This document shows, piece after piece, positions 35,301 to 48,153 of a stretch of 64,000 nucleotides of DNA. A program made the translations under genes and the position numbers. Below the pieces are notes generated by a model. The model was not told the origin of the DNA and did not search any database. It was given only the letters and a program-made list of their open reading frames with translations. The DNA is from Blasia pusilla. Lineage: Eukaryota. The DNA lies in the NCBI GenBank assembly GCA_050084515.1, contig CM114271.1, positions 49,724,001 to 49,788,000 of the forward strand, written 5' to 3'. Every line of letters starts with the position of its first letter. Position 1 is the first letter of the stretch.

Positions 35301-37156
35301 CTTTGACGGAGCGCCATAGTCGTTATGTGTTGGTGATGGTCGAGCACTTCTCGAAGTGGATAGAGTTGGTTGCATTTCGTGACAAAGCGAGTGAGGGAGT
35401 ACCGTATGCCTTCCTAGATCGAGTGTTGAGTCATTACGGTGCACCATCTGAGGTGCTTACAGACCAGGGTACAGAGTTCCGCGGGGAGTTTCAGGCCTTG
35501 TGTGATCACACACTGATCGACCACCGCACTACTTTGCGAGATTATCCTAAGGCGGATGGACTAGCGGAGCGGGTTGTGGAGACGGTGAAGAGAGAACTAC
35601 GCAAGTATGGCTTGCAGAGAGGTCACCTAGGAGATTGGGACCTTCAGTTGCCTTGGTTAGTGATGGGATACAGATTCACTAGGCAGGCATCCTTAGCGTC
35701 TTTCTCACCGTACTTGTTGCTTTATGCCGAGAGCCAGATTTACCTGCGGCCAATTGTCGAGATGTTGGTGAGGTGTTGAACCTTGATGACCTTGATGTAT
35801 GGATGCGAGCATGTTCTCAGAGGGCTGAGTTGTTTCGGAGAGTGATGCCCATAGCGTTTGAGAACTTGACGATTGGGCAACATCCGGATACGTTGAGGTA
35901 TGCGACTATTCGGGGAGGTGGTTATCGATCTATTATCCGGAGGTTTCATCAAGGAGACTATATTTACTTGCAGCAGACGGCACCCAAGACGTTGGATGTG
36001 ATTGCAGGGCGCACCATCTTGAGAGTGCGTGAGGTTTTGCTATCCAATGTTCTCTCATTGGAGGGATGCGATAATATGGTTTGGAAGGACCATATGAGTA
36101 ACTGTGCGCCAAGTCATCTTCCAAACATTGACGGTACATATGATCCGAGCAATAGTAATTCCTGCAGGAGTGCGGTGTATGTTGTGTGGTTCCGCCTGTG
36201 GTGCAGCCACTATGCTAGTCTGTGATGGGTGTTCGAGAGGATGGCATATGGCATGTGTGACGCCACCTCTCACTAGGGTTCTTCAGGGACAATGGATGTG
36301 TCCCAGATGTACATAGAGTAGGTAGTTCGATATTCTGACTTGTGTTTGTGACATGGATGACAAGAAGGTGACTAACGATGGGGCCACATGAGCACACGAT
36401 CTTCTTGCTCTTAGCGTCGAGAGATGTATGTCATGGTAGGTAGGGATATATGGCTATCTTGAGTTAGAGGGACCTAACTACCAACTAGGGGGGCGATTGG
36501 AGATATTTTGGTACTTCTTGTCTCGTTGTTTGGATGCCATGAGTTAGCATGGGATCGTGCGTGTTTGTGTGTGTGTTCGGTGACAGCGATGTATGTTGTG
36601 TAGCGATGTGTATGCGCACGACAACTGTTACGTCTTTTAGGATAGATCGGTGAGATCTAATATAGCGCCTTCGTTAGTAGTGGATGACAGGCTCAGTAGG
36701 TCGAGGATGACATGTTGAGGCCCCGAGAAACTTGAGAGAGCAGGTTTCCCCTTCATTTCGGCTCATTTGGAGCCTTATTGAGTAACTTACTATTTTAGGT
36801 AAATACCATTTTGAGCATATGATCAATTTCTATTTTTGGTAAGTGTTCCTTGACCTTCTACATCAGTCAAGAGCCAAGGAGGTGACTTGGGAGCATATGT
36901 TACCATAGAAAGAGCTTGGGAGAGGGAAGGGGTATACCTCAAGGAGAGAGATCTTGAGAGCTCATTCTCTCTTTGTTGAACCTCTTGGCATGAGGCGACA
37001 AAGCTATGGTCTTGCTTGCCTTGTGTGTGTGTAACCCAAGCCTCTCATTTGGAGAGTGAGTTTGGTTTGAAATTTAGAGAGACATGTGAGAGTGCACATA
37101 TGTGAGAACTATGGTGTTGTGAGAGAGATTGGATCTTATTTTATTGGAGATATTTT
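32376..37156 (+). mobile_element. Ty3/Gypsy LTR retrotransposon carrying DNMT and PHD domains, copy C (subfamily 1); 5' part lost at the Copia junction, 3' LTR truncated
   Basis: DNMT RVLDLFGGISTGL (~32775), ISGWPC*G (33040-33060), YILENVP, RADRPRLWWTNL, LGQAMD; RT with YIDD (34384-34743); integrase (ORF 34910-35779); PHD (36176-36316); LTR from 36626. Confidence 0.93.
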
Positions 37157-37159
37157 CAC

Positions 37160-40100
37160 AATGAGGTCTTTTATGATACTTTTGTTAGATATCCATATTG
37201 ATTCTAACCTAATGTTCTAACCCAATTCTTGGTCAGACTTCCCATTCCATCAAATCCTAAGGATTGGCCTGACTTCCGAAAATTGATGCGTATGAATGCA
37301 CAATAAAAAAGGCGTGCGTGTCGGAAGGAAATTTTAGCGCAACAAGCAACCATGGAAGTTGAACTCCTCTCTGAGACATCTCCAACGTAAGTTGACTCCA
37401 TTTATTCACCTTACTAGCAAGTCCAATTTTCCATTCCCCATAGTCCCAAATGCTAATGTTATTTGCTATATTTCTGAAATTTTTGTGGTATTTCACACTT
37501 CCCATTCCATTAAATCCTATCGATATACGTGATTTCCAAAAGGTTCTACGTGGGGAAGCCCTAAAAAGAAAACGCGCCATTCGCGCAAATAAAATTGAAG
37601 TTCTCAAAGAAAAAAAGGGGGCCTACTATTATGAGTATAGGAAAATAAGGAAAGTGCTTCATGTTCAAGTTGAGCCTCCTTTGGTAGTTGACACTACATC
37701 AACTATTCCAAATATGGAGGTCTTGACTACTCAAAATCAAATCATAAGGTATCCATCATATTTTTTATATTCTTACTCAAAAGAAATCATTGCTCATATA
37801 TTATTTGTGTGTATTCTTATGATAATATATGTTTTTTCAGGCCTCCCAATCCAAATGGAGTCTTGGTAAGAGAAAATCACGAAGCTCATCTTCCATCCAT
37901 TGACAACATTTTCATATCGCCAAGACCAAGACTTGACTTACTTCATAATGCACTCCATGAAATTATTCTTAAGAATGCTTCTACGATCGACACGAGTACT
38001 TATGTAACACCAAGAGTTGAGTTTTCTACTGCCGTCCCTATTCCCAGTGAAGTATGCGAAGGTGTACATGAAGTCATTGATACTTCTTTGACTCTTCCCC
38101 ATCTTGGGACTGAAGTTATGTCAACAGTAGGTTGTGTTTCTTTCGCCATCAATGGAGTCCTGCTACCTAGAGAAAGAGTAAATGTACCAAATGCTTATGT
38201 AGTTCCTCAGATGTCTACTATTGATAGAATATTAAGAATTAACAAATAATTCAATCTTGCAAGGAGACCGAATTTCCAAGAAAGTGATATATATTAGGAA
38301 GTTGCGATTACAAAGAGGTTTGAGGCATATTAGCGGTCGTCATATGTTGGGTCTTATGACAGAAATATGTCCATCATATTCTGCCTTGCATTGGAAATGT
38401 GAAATGGTCAAAGGTAGAAAGTTTAGTGAGTCACCATATGGAATGTGTTGTGGCCATGGGATAATATATTTTCCCCTCTTAAAATCATCTCCTCTATTTT
38501 TGAAATGGTTGATTTTGGGTAATGGTCCTAGAAGCCTTCGTTTCCTTGCACATGCCCGTGCTTACAATTCAACGCTTCAACTTGCATATACTGGTGTGCA
38601 CGTAAATGGAAAAGTTAGTGGCATTGGACACTTTAGGATCCAAGGAGGAATATATCATTCTATTGGACCCTTACATCCTGATACTGGGGAGCATCCCCAA
38701 TTAGCTCAACTTTATATTCATGATATTGCAAATGAATTGGAGAGTCGTGGAAGGGTTATGAATAGATCTTGTGATCTAGACATAGACATCTTGAAAGGGC
38801 TACAAGACATGTTGCATGAGTGCAATCCATATGTGAAGACCTTTCGTCATATGGAATATGAAGCAAGTGATCTTAATATGCGGATCATTCTGAAGGCAAG
38901 TAAGAGAGATCTCAATGCAAAGCGTTATAACTTACCAACTACTTCCGAGGTTGCAACTATGTTACCAGGTGATGGAAGTGAACACGTTGACTATCGCGAT
39001 ATAATTGTACGACTACATGGAGGAGGAGTGAGGCGCATATCTGACCTTAATGAAGCATATATTCCATTACACTTTGTTTTACTATTTATCTATGGTGAAG
39101 CACGTTGGCATCTCGGAATACCCTTTGAGACACTTGAAGGGACTCGAAGACCCACATGACCAAACCATGTTATTCATGGAGAGGAGGGACACATTGAACC
39201 TTGAGACGATTGTATGGATGAGGACATATTTGCTAGTGAGAATATTGTGGAAAGAAGGTCAAAAAGTGTTACGGCCTTGCAATTTGCATGTTTTTTACTT
39301 CAAACACGAAAGGTGAAGATGAAAATCGCTTATTGAGATTTGGTCGACTTACTTGAGAATATATGGTTGACCTTTATGCCACAATAGAGATGCAAAGATT
39401 ATTATGGGTCCGCTTAAATTAGAAGGAGTTGAGGGCTAAATTATATCAAGGTTTAAAGGATGCCATGCATCAACATGATGCGGATAGTAGAAGGTTTGGC
39501 AGACGCATAGTATTACCCTCTTCTTTTACTAGAGGGCCCCGTCATATATATGCATCAATTGTATCAAGATGCAATGGCAATTGTGAGACAATTGGGGAAG
39601 CATGACTACTTTTTGACCATGACATGCAATCCTAAGTGGGAGGAGATTACATCATTCTTATTACCAGGTCATTCAGTTGCAGACCGACTTGACTTGGTCG
39701 TGCGGGTTTTTGAGAAGAAAAAAGGAAGTTATTACCACTTATTATCCACAAGCAAATATTGGGTCGAGTTGTTGGATGCATCAATGTGGTAGAATTCAAA
39801 AAAAGAGGTTTGCCACGTGTGCACGTTCAAATTATTTTAGGTCATGAGGATAAACCACATACTACCTCTGATTATGGTCGTTTCATTTCAACAATTCCGG
39901 ATCAAGCTACCCACCCAAGGTTGTATTCTACTGTCGCTAATTGCATGCTTCACAAGCCATGTGGACTATTAAATCCAAATGCACCATGTATGGATAAGGA
40001 AACAAAAAAGTGTACCAAAGGTTATCCTAAAGCTTTTGCTGCCAACACTACAGAGACACAAGATGGTTACCCCGTCTATCGTAGGTAAGAATATTTTATT

Positions 40101-43100
40101 CTTTTCGTTCCTTTTCTTTATTATCATTATAAGTGATATAAGCGATATGTCGTGAATGTATTCATGATTTTTTATTGTATTTTGTAGATTGGATAATGGG
40201 AGGGAAATAACCAAGCACGAGCATTCATTGGATAATCATTGGGTTGTACCCTACAATCCTATGTTGTGCGCCTTCTTTGATTGTCACATTAATTTAGAGA
40301 TCACAAGTAGTATTTCTGCCGTGAAGTATTTATATAAATATGTGTATAAGGGGTCGGATGCGGTGATATTTAAGTTGACAAAAAATATGGATACATCCAC
40401 TGTAGTGGAAGTCATTGATGAGACATCGTCATATATTGATGCGAGGTATAATTATATTGATTGAACATTTTTATTGTTCAATTATAATTTCTTTTAAAAA
40501 ATTACACTATGAAAATTTTCTTTCTCCTTACTTTAATACTTGGAATTATTCTTCCAGATATATATCTTCTGCGGAGGCATGTTGGCCACTCTTCAAGTTT
40601 AGTCTACATGCTGAACTTCCAATTATTGTGCGATTGGTTGTTCATCTTCCAGAGCAACAAATGGTATACTTCAATGATGGTGACGCCCCGGGAGATGTTT
40701 TGTAACTAAATAGAGAGACAACTCTGACACAATGGTTTGCAACGAATTTATGTGACTCCAACGCCCTACAATATTTGTATATAGATTTTCCTTCATATTA
40801 TCGTTGGACTAAAAAGAGATGGATTCATAGGGTACAAAAAATAAATTGTTGTGGCCATCGCATTGGCCGGTTATACCTTACTTATCCAAGTGAATACTTT
40901 AAAGTTGATGATATGTTTTTGTGTGTACATTGGATTTTGGTTTTATATTCCATCCTCTAAAGTGAGTGAATTATTATGGAAAGGGATGAGCTAATTTATT
41001 CCACTCATCCACATGTGAAGGAGAAGATCATTGGTTGAGATTGCTCCGACACAATGTTCGAGGAGCCACTACATACGAATTTTTTAGAACTGTTGATGGA
41101 GTATTATGTCCAACATTCAAGGAAGCCGCTATCCAATTGGGACTTCTTGAGGATGCTAGAGAAGTGTTCTCTTGCCTTGAAGAAGCTACTATGATCCGTA
41201 CAGGTTCTTCACTTCGCCGCCTATTTGCAATTATTCTAGCTTACAACACACCGGCTCAACCAGCTACACTATCGAGTAAATATTTGGTTCCATTGGTAGA
41301 AGATCTCTTATACGAATGATGTGAGGTAAAAAATCATCACTATCACTCCTTAAATCTTTTGTGTCTTTCCTAATAGTATCTTCTATTGAGTATTAAAGGA
41401 ACTAACCATGATTTGGACATTTTTCAAAACTGGGCCATTGCAAAAGATAGAAATTCCTAATCTTCCCGTTGACAATGCTATGATTAATATTGCATTGTTG
41501 GAAGTACATTATTACTTACAAGATCAAGCTAATTTCCAAAGCTTTTGTTCACATTCATATTTGGAGAAACAAGAACTATTATATGACACTGAGGAATTAT
41601 TTGAGGAGGTACAATTTGGAGAATCGTGTTTAAATGAAGAAGAATGTGTTGTTTGGGATGCTATATATGATGAGCTTGAAAAAATATGCTTCAATGCTCT
41701 ACCATCTCCAAAAGTCTTTTTCATCGATGGTTATGGTGGAACGGGAAAGACATATTTATATAATCTTCTCATTGCAAGTGCAAGGAGTGCAAGAGGTATA
41801 GCTTTGGCAGTAGCATCATCCAGAATTGTTGCTCTATTGTTGGATGGAGGACGTACTCCCCATTCACGCTTCAAGATCCCTATCAATGTTAATGAGAGCT
41901 CTATTTGCAAGTAAGTGTCATTACCTCTATACGTCCAATTCTATTAGCACTAAAATTTCAGAAGTATTGCGTACACTAATTTACTTCCCTATGTCGTTTG
42001 TAATTCATCAATTAATAGTGACGAAGTGCGTTTAATTTGTGATGAAATCCTCATTATTTGGGATGAAGCACCTATGACTCATCATCATGCATTCGAGGTC
42101 GTGAATCACACTTTACAAGATATTATGGGAGCGGTCTCTGATGATCTACGAAAATTACCATTTGGTGGAAAACTTATGATCTTTGGTGGTGACTTTCGTC
42201 AAGTTTTGCCTATTGTTCGACACGGGGATCGGCCGAAAATTGTCCAAGCCAGTATAAAGAGATCATCTCTTTGGTCTATTGTAAAGGTCATGAAGTTGAC
42301 AACAAACATGCGAGTTCAAAGGTTGGAAGGTCATTTGCGTATTGAACAACAAGCTTTTGCGAATTGGTTATTGGAAGTGGGAGAGGGAGAGGGTCATGTA
42401 CCTTTGCATACTCATTTGGGAGAAGACTTTATACAATTACTATTTGGAATTGTCACTAAAAGTAACAAGATCTGCGATCTTATCGATTTGATCTATGGTA
42501 ACTCTCTTAGATGATTCCATGACATCGAATTCCTAAGAGATATGGCTATTTTGACACTCAAAAATAGGAATGTTGACGAAATAAATGGAGATGTCATGTC
42601 TTGGTTTCCTGAATAGGTAATCCTTTTAACAGTTTCATATATATTCTCTGATTAGAACTTTAATTTTTGTGAAATTTGGATAATAATATTATTCACCAAT
42701 TCACCATATATTGTGTACATGAGCATATTTACCTCAACGTTGATTCTATTCCGGATGAGGGGACGAGTCATATCTATCCAACTGAATTTTTGAACACATT
42801 CTTGCCTTTTGGACTACCTCCGCGTCGTTTGTAATTGAAGATTGGTGCACCGATCATGATCTTACGAAACATGAATGGCTCACATGGATAAGCAAATGAG
42901 ACTATATTGGTGATTTCTGTATTTATGCAACATTGCATTGATGTTGAAATCATAATTGGGAAGAATATTGGAGATCGAATTTTTATTTCACGCATCCCAT
43001 TGATTACACATGACTCCGGTTTACCATTTGATTTACGTAGGTTTCAATTTCCTATTCGACCAACTTTTGTTATGATTACTAATAAATCTCAAGATGAAAT

Positions 43101-43344
43101 TTTGTAAAAGATTGGCATTTACTTGCCTAATCCTGTTTTTTCTCATGGCCAATTGTATATATCATTATCTAGAGTAGGAAAAAGAAATTCCAACCACATT
43201 ACCATCGGAAGTGACGAACATTCAAATAAAGAAGATGATTAAACATGAAATATGACATAAGAAAATACTTGGATAAAATAAAATTTCTAAATATCTCATC
43301 ACAAAGACCCTACATGATCCGAAAACAAATCCTTACGTTACTAG
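37160..43344 (+). mobile_element. Autonomous-type Helitron with decayed, intron-containing Rep-helicase; 5' boundary approximate
   Basis: CCGHG..., ARAYNS, RIQGGIYH, AQLYIHD, NPYVKTF, YNLPTTSEVA; Rep motifs YFLTMTCNPKW, VVEFKKRGLPRVH, KYLYKYVYKG; PIF1 motifs DGYGGTGKT, IIWDEAPM, FGGKLMIFGGDFRQVLP, QFPIRPTFVMITNKSQ, FSHGQLY; CTAG|T at 43341-43345. Confidence 0.9.
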
Positions 43345-44501
43345 TATAGATTAGTAATCTGAAATCTCACGTTTTAACTAGGGTCATTCTCTTCCCTCCC
43401 CATCTAACCTATCCCCCATGTCCTCTAGGTTACCAAACCTCCCGCCACTTCGAGTGGAAAGGGTTCGGGTCCAGGCCTAGCAGTCTACCATTCGCGCGTC
43501 TTCTCAAGTTGAATCTTTCCTCCTCTCCTCTCGTCCTCTACGAAACTCGTTTCCCCGGGCTAAAGCACAGGAGGTCCGACGCATGACGAACCTCGGTTCG
43601 AAGCGGAATGACCGCTACGGTTGCCGATCCTAGCAAGTACAGTAGCAGCGTTATCCGGTTGAGAGGTTCGCGAGTGCCCGAGGCTCGAGTGGGAGGGTTC
43701 GGGTTTTGGAAGCCTCCCACCGTCTCACATTGAATGCGAGACGACGGTGGGCGGTGATGGAGGGAGCGCAATTGCTTGTGGGAGTCTGGGAAGGGGTGGC
43801 GGACTGCAAGAATCTGGAATTTCCCCTGGTGAGAAAGTGATGCGCATGTGAAAAGTCAATCGGGGGGTTACGAAATCAAACCAACTAGGATCGCATGTGC
43901 GGGACGGACGCAACTTGCTGAAGCGGAGCGATTGGAATTGGTCCCTGTGAAATGCGAGCGGACGGGAATGGTTGAGGGCAGTGGGGGATATCATGGCTGC
44001 AAGTTGTGATGGATTGCGGTAGTCTGGTAGGGGAATAGGACACACGGAGACAGACAATGCTCTCGAGAGGGTTTCGGTCCTCGGAATTGAGTTAGGGTGG
44101 TACTTGTTGGCGCGGATCGAATTCGGGGGTTGAATGAGCGGTTTGCGCAGCTCACAGGGCGTGCTGGAAGTGTGAACGGCAGACGTCGGAATTGAAACAG
44201 CCGTGGTCGTGGTCGGCTTGGGAGAATCTCGCAGTAGCAAGAGGTTACGACGTCTAGAGAAGAGCTGGGCTGGGGCTTTCGGAGAGTTTTAAACAGTGGC
44301 TTTCGAGGAGGAGGCGTGGTTTGTCGTCGGTTGAGAGGTTGGGGGAAGGTTACGAGCACAAGAGCCCTGCAGTTGCTGACGAATGCGGTTTATAAGGGTC
44401 TTTCTTTGAGAAGAGTGTTGGGGTTGAGGACCTTTCAAATGTGTTGAGGCGTAGGGAAGCTAGGAGAGCTTAATTGTTGTCGAAAGGGAGAATTTGAGGA
44501 C

Positions 44502-47500
44502 ATGGCCATCCAAACAGCAGCCTTAGGCCAGGGAGGCCTTGCATCGAGGGCGGCGACTTGTCTGCAAATTGTTCGACCTATGTCTTCTCAAAATGCTAGC
44601 CACCTTTCTGGGTCCTTTGCACCCCCGGCGCTCGTTAGAAGTTCTCAGTCTCGGCATGCGAGAATCAGTTGTTCAGCCACAGAAGACTTTCCAGTTGTAG
44701 AGCAAAAGGTAAAGTCGACCCTCCCCAGAGATTTGAATCTCTCCCTCGAACAGCCGTCGGCTGCGGATAAATCGAGAAGTAGTACCTCTGCATTCGATGC
44801 CGTGGAAATCCAAGATGATTCAGGACAGGTGCACAGTGGGACTATCCGTGAAGTCTTCCAAGCTGCAGTGAAGGCTGTGGAAGATGCATCCGTGATGAGT
44901 GTGGGTCAAACAGTGCTGTTCGGGGGAACGGCGACATTGGGTCTGCTTGTCTCGGCCTCGGTCATGAAATCGTTGGAGTTTTTCCCTTTGGCTCCAGAGG
45001 CTCTTCAAACTGTGGGCGTCGCGTACTCTATTCTCACTGCGAGGTGAACCCATTCTGCTTGACCTGGAGAAAGGACCCTGCTTTCATGTGTAGATCTACT
45101 GATTCCCACTTAAGCCAAATGCCTACATGAGCTTTCTGTCCCTGGATTTGCTTTAGATGCTTTGCTTCCACCAACAGCAGGCTGGGTTAGTGGTTCATGA
45201 GCTTTGGCATCGCACTGATCACCAGGGTTCAAGTTCTTCTGCCTGCATCCCTGGGAAGTGGGTGCGCAGAAGCTAGCTCTAAAACTGAGGCAAATTCAAC
45301 ATAAGAGGTGAAAATTATTGCAACTAGTGTACAAACCGTGGAATGGATGGAGCAATATCATCTCTCATGCCTAATTCTGAAATAGAAATCTCTCTATGAC
45401 AGTCAATTAGTTCCGACTGGACTTCATTACGGGATTACACACCGCTTGCCCAATTGAAATTTTGCTACCTACTCGGATGACACATGTTGAGTATCGAAGA
45501 TGTTGTACAAATGAAAATGTTATCCTTTGATAGTACTGTTGGTGATACTCACTCTCAAATTGTGTGCCCTGATGAGAGACGTGAAGGATCTGATAGAAAG
45601 TGTATGAATCCAATTGCGGAAATCTCATTATTCAGCATGTCCATCAAGGATGAAGATCATAATCAATTTCTGCAGGGCCGTCCTATCTCATAACACCCTT
45701 CCTACGTTCTCACACGGGACTGGGATTCCATTAGATGCCTCCCCCATCTTTTGAATCCTGTAGACACTGAAAGAGTAGGTTTAGTACTTTTGCTTCTTTG
45801 AGGTAAGTAAATTTCTGGATATCTCCTCTCCATTTTGTGTCCATAGATGAAAGTTTCCTGATAAATCGGCTTGTGATCTGCAGCCAGTTGCTACAAGGGA
45901 TACCTGTAACCTTCCCCCCTAAGTCTCCTTTCAAGGCAGTAATTGAGCTGGTGGACAATGGACAAACCTCAACTGTCAACACCCGTGAAACTGTGCAACA
46001 GGTTTGACAACAATCTTTTCACCTTTCCAGTTTGTAGAACATATGCTAGGTTTTATATCAAGTGAAGTTCTGTGCTGAATGTGTCATAATTAAGCTGCTG
46101 TGCTACAGGATGTGGATGAGAAAGTAGCTGCTAACTTAAAGAGCCTTGTTAAAGAACGAGATGCTGCCGTGAGTCAGGTATTTTTCTGAACTTGGGCTCA
46201 GAGCTCGTGGCTTTTGACCAGCCACAACCGCCATGTCAGAGTTGAGAATGAGTTGTAGGCAACGTTTGAGTAACTTTTGAAAGGTAGATTCTGCATGCCT
46301 GCAGAAATTTAGGAATAGCAATTTTTTCTCGCATCACTGCAAACCCCCAGACTCAATAGATCTTGCTTGATAGTCATGGAATGCATGATTTAGTATTCTC
46401 ACAGCCCCCATGAGGTTGTCTTAATTTGTTGGCTGTGCATCCTCTGGGTCTGTATGTGGTTTCAAGATGGAGGACATGAGGAAAGCTACTGCAAATTATG
46501 CACGAGTTGTGGCAGAAAAAGAAGCTTTAGAGGCTGTGTCATTGCAGCTGGCAGATGAACGTGATGGTGCTTTGTCTGAGGTAGTGTCCTATGGATCTTT
46601 TTGAGATTTGTGATGGTGAATCTTGTGCCTGTGTGATGGGAAAAGTCAGCTTCAATTGCGATAGGAATTATAAACTGAATACTGGCAGCCCTTGCCATTG
46701 GTGCTTTCTGCAGGTTTCAGCTCTGAAAGATGCAGTCATGGCTATGACCAGTCGAATGAAAGCAATTGAAGAGATGTTGGAACAAGAAGTGTCACAGCTT
46801 AAGCAACAAAATCAAGCCTTGGAAACTGTTGCTTTGCAGTTGGCTGATGAAAGGGACTCTGCTGTCCAAGAGGTGAGCTTTTGCCCGCCAGATGTACTAA
46901 TGCATCTTCACCACCTCATTAGTCGTATTCGTTTTCCTTGTTCCACGATGATGAGCTGAAACAATTTGCTTTCTCTTTCTATCCCTACATATTGTAGACT
47001 GAGGAATGTATCTAATTCACATTTACAGTTGAAAGAGTCGTATGTTTTTGAGTTAGGTGAGTCTAAATGCACACGATTATCTTACTTGTGCGGGACTGTT
47101 ACTTGATCAACCACACAAACAAATAGATGGAAGATTTACGGAGTTCGACATTGTCTAAGTCACTTTTGGAAGAGGAGAAGCAAAGTCTGGAAGAAGTTGC
47201 AATTCAGCTGGCCCAGGAAAGGGACACTGCACTCGCAGAGATTGAGGATCTTAAGAAGGTTTACTTTCTGTTCCTACCTGTGCTTCCTTCTCCTCAGATG
47301 ACTGCAAACCTCTCAAATTACTGAGACCATCCAGATCATTGTTGAAGAAGCTCAAAAAGTGTAAACCAAATTTTAATTTCACCACAAGATGCTGGCTTCT
47401 ACATATTCATCAAGAATGCCAGTCAGCCGTTTTTCAATTTGAAGAGATGTATAAAATCCTGGTTCAATGACTGCCGTTTCTGGTCTAAATGTTATAGGTG

Positions 47501-48153
47501 GTTGCAAGCATTCGGGAATCAACAACATCATCATCTGGGCTGACATCAGAGCAAGAGGCCTTTATCAAAGCAAGAGTTCGCGCAATTCGATCTCAGTTTA
47601 TTAAAGTGGACAAAGCATACGAGGATCAGGTGCGGTTTGGGAACCTAAATAAGACTGCATTGGTGGGTCGGGAAGTAGAATCCTAGTATTCAATATTGTT
47701 GACATGCCTTCACAACACTTACCAGGAGGGTCCGGCCCAAAATTTCAGTAGTGATGGTCTCATTGTTTAGCTTTGACAGGCACTGTTTGCAGTGGCTTTG
47801 GCTTGCCCTTGGAAAGAAACTGTGGCTGGTCTTTGTTCTCTCATCAACGAGTTGGCACAAAGTTTCCTAAATTAGCAATAGATTCATGTGGTTGTAAATA
47901 ACTAGGAGGTGGGAGGTGATGTTCTGTTCAAACGAAATTGATACTGAAAACTTGGAAGTGGGCATCTGTGCAGAAAGACGAAGTGGATAGATTCATCGGA
48001 CACTTGGTTAAGAAGTATGGGGCGCCACCAGTTTGGACAGAGAATTACATACACCAATTCCTGGCCTCATCAGCCACAAAACTGAAACCTGCCACTGATG
48101 CGGGGAACTCAAGCCACCTGGAGAATCGCCCAGCTCAATCACGGAGCTCCTGA
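44502..48153 (+). CDS. Plastid-targeted CURT1/CAAD-domain-like membrane protein with a long C-terminal coiled coil (~480 aa). Exons 44502-45043, 45884-46001, 46109-46177, 46467-46580, 46714-46872, 47127-47258, 47498-47629, 47974-48153
   Basis: Ser/Ala/Arg-rich transit-peptide-like N-terminus (..RISCSATED). TVLFGGTATLGLLVSASVMKSLEFFPLAPEALQTVGVAYS resembles the CURT1 TM hairpin. All eight exons join in frame with GT-AG sites. Repeated ALE.V..QLA.ERD.A..E motif. Confidence 0.8.

Noticed and set aside
43538-44359. Minus-strand ORFs of 77-171 aa
   Set aside because: Pro/Ser/Arg-rich shadow frames over the promoter/5' UTR of the CURT1-like gene.
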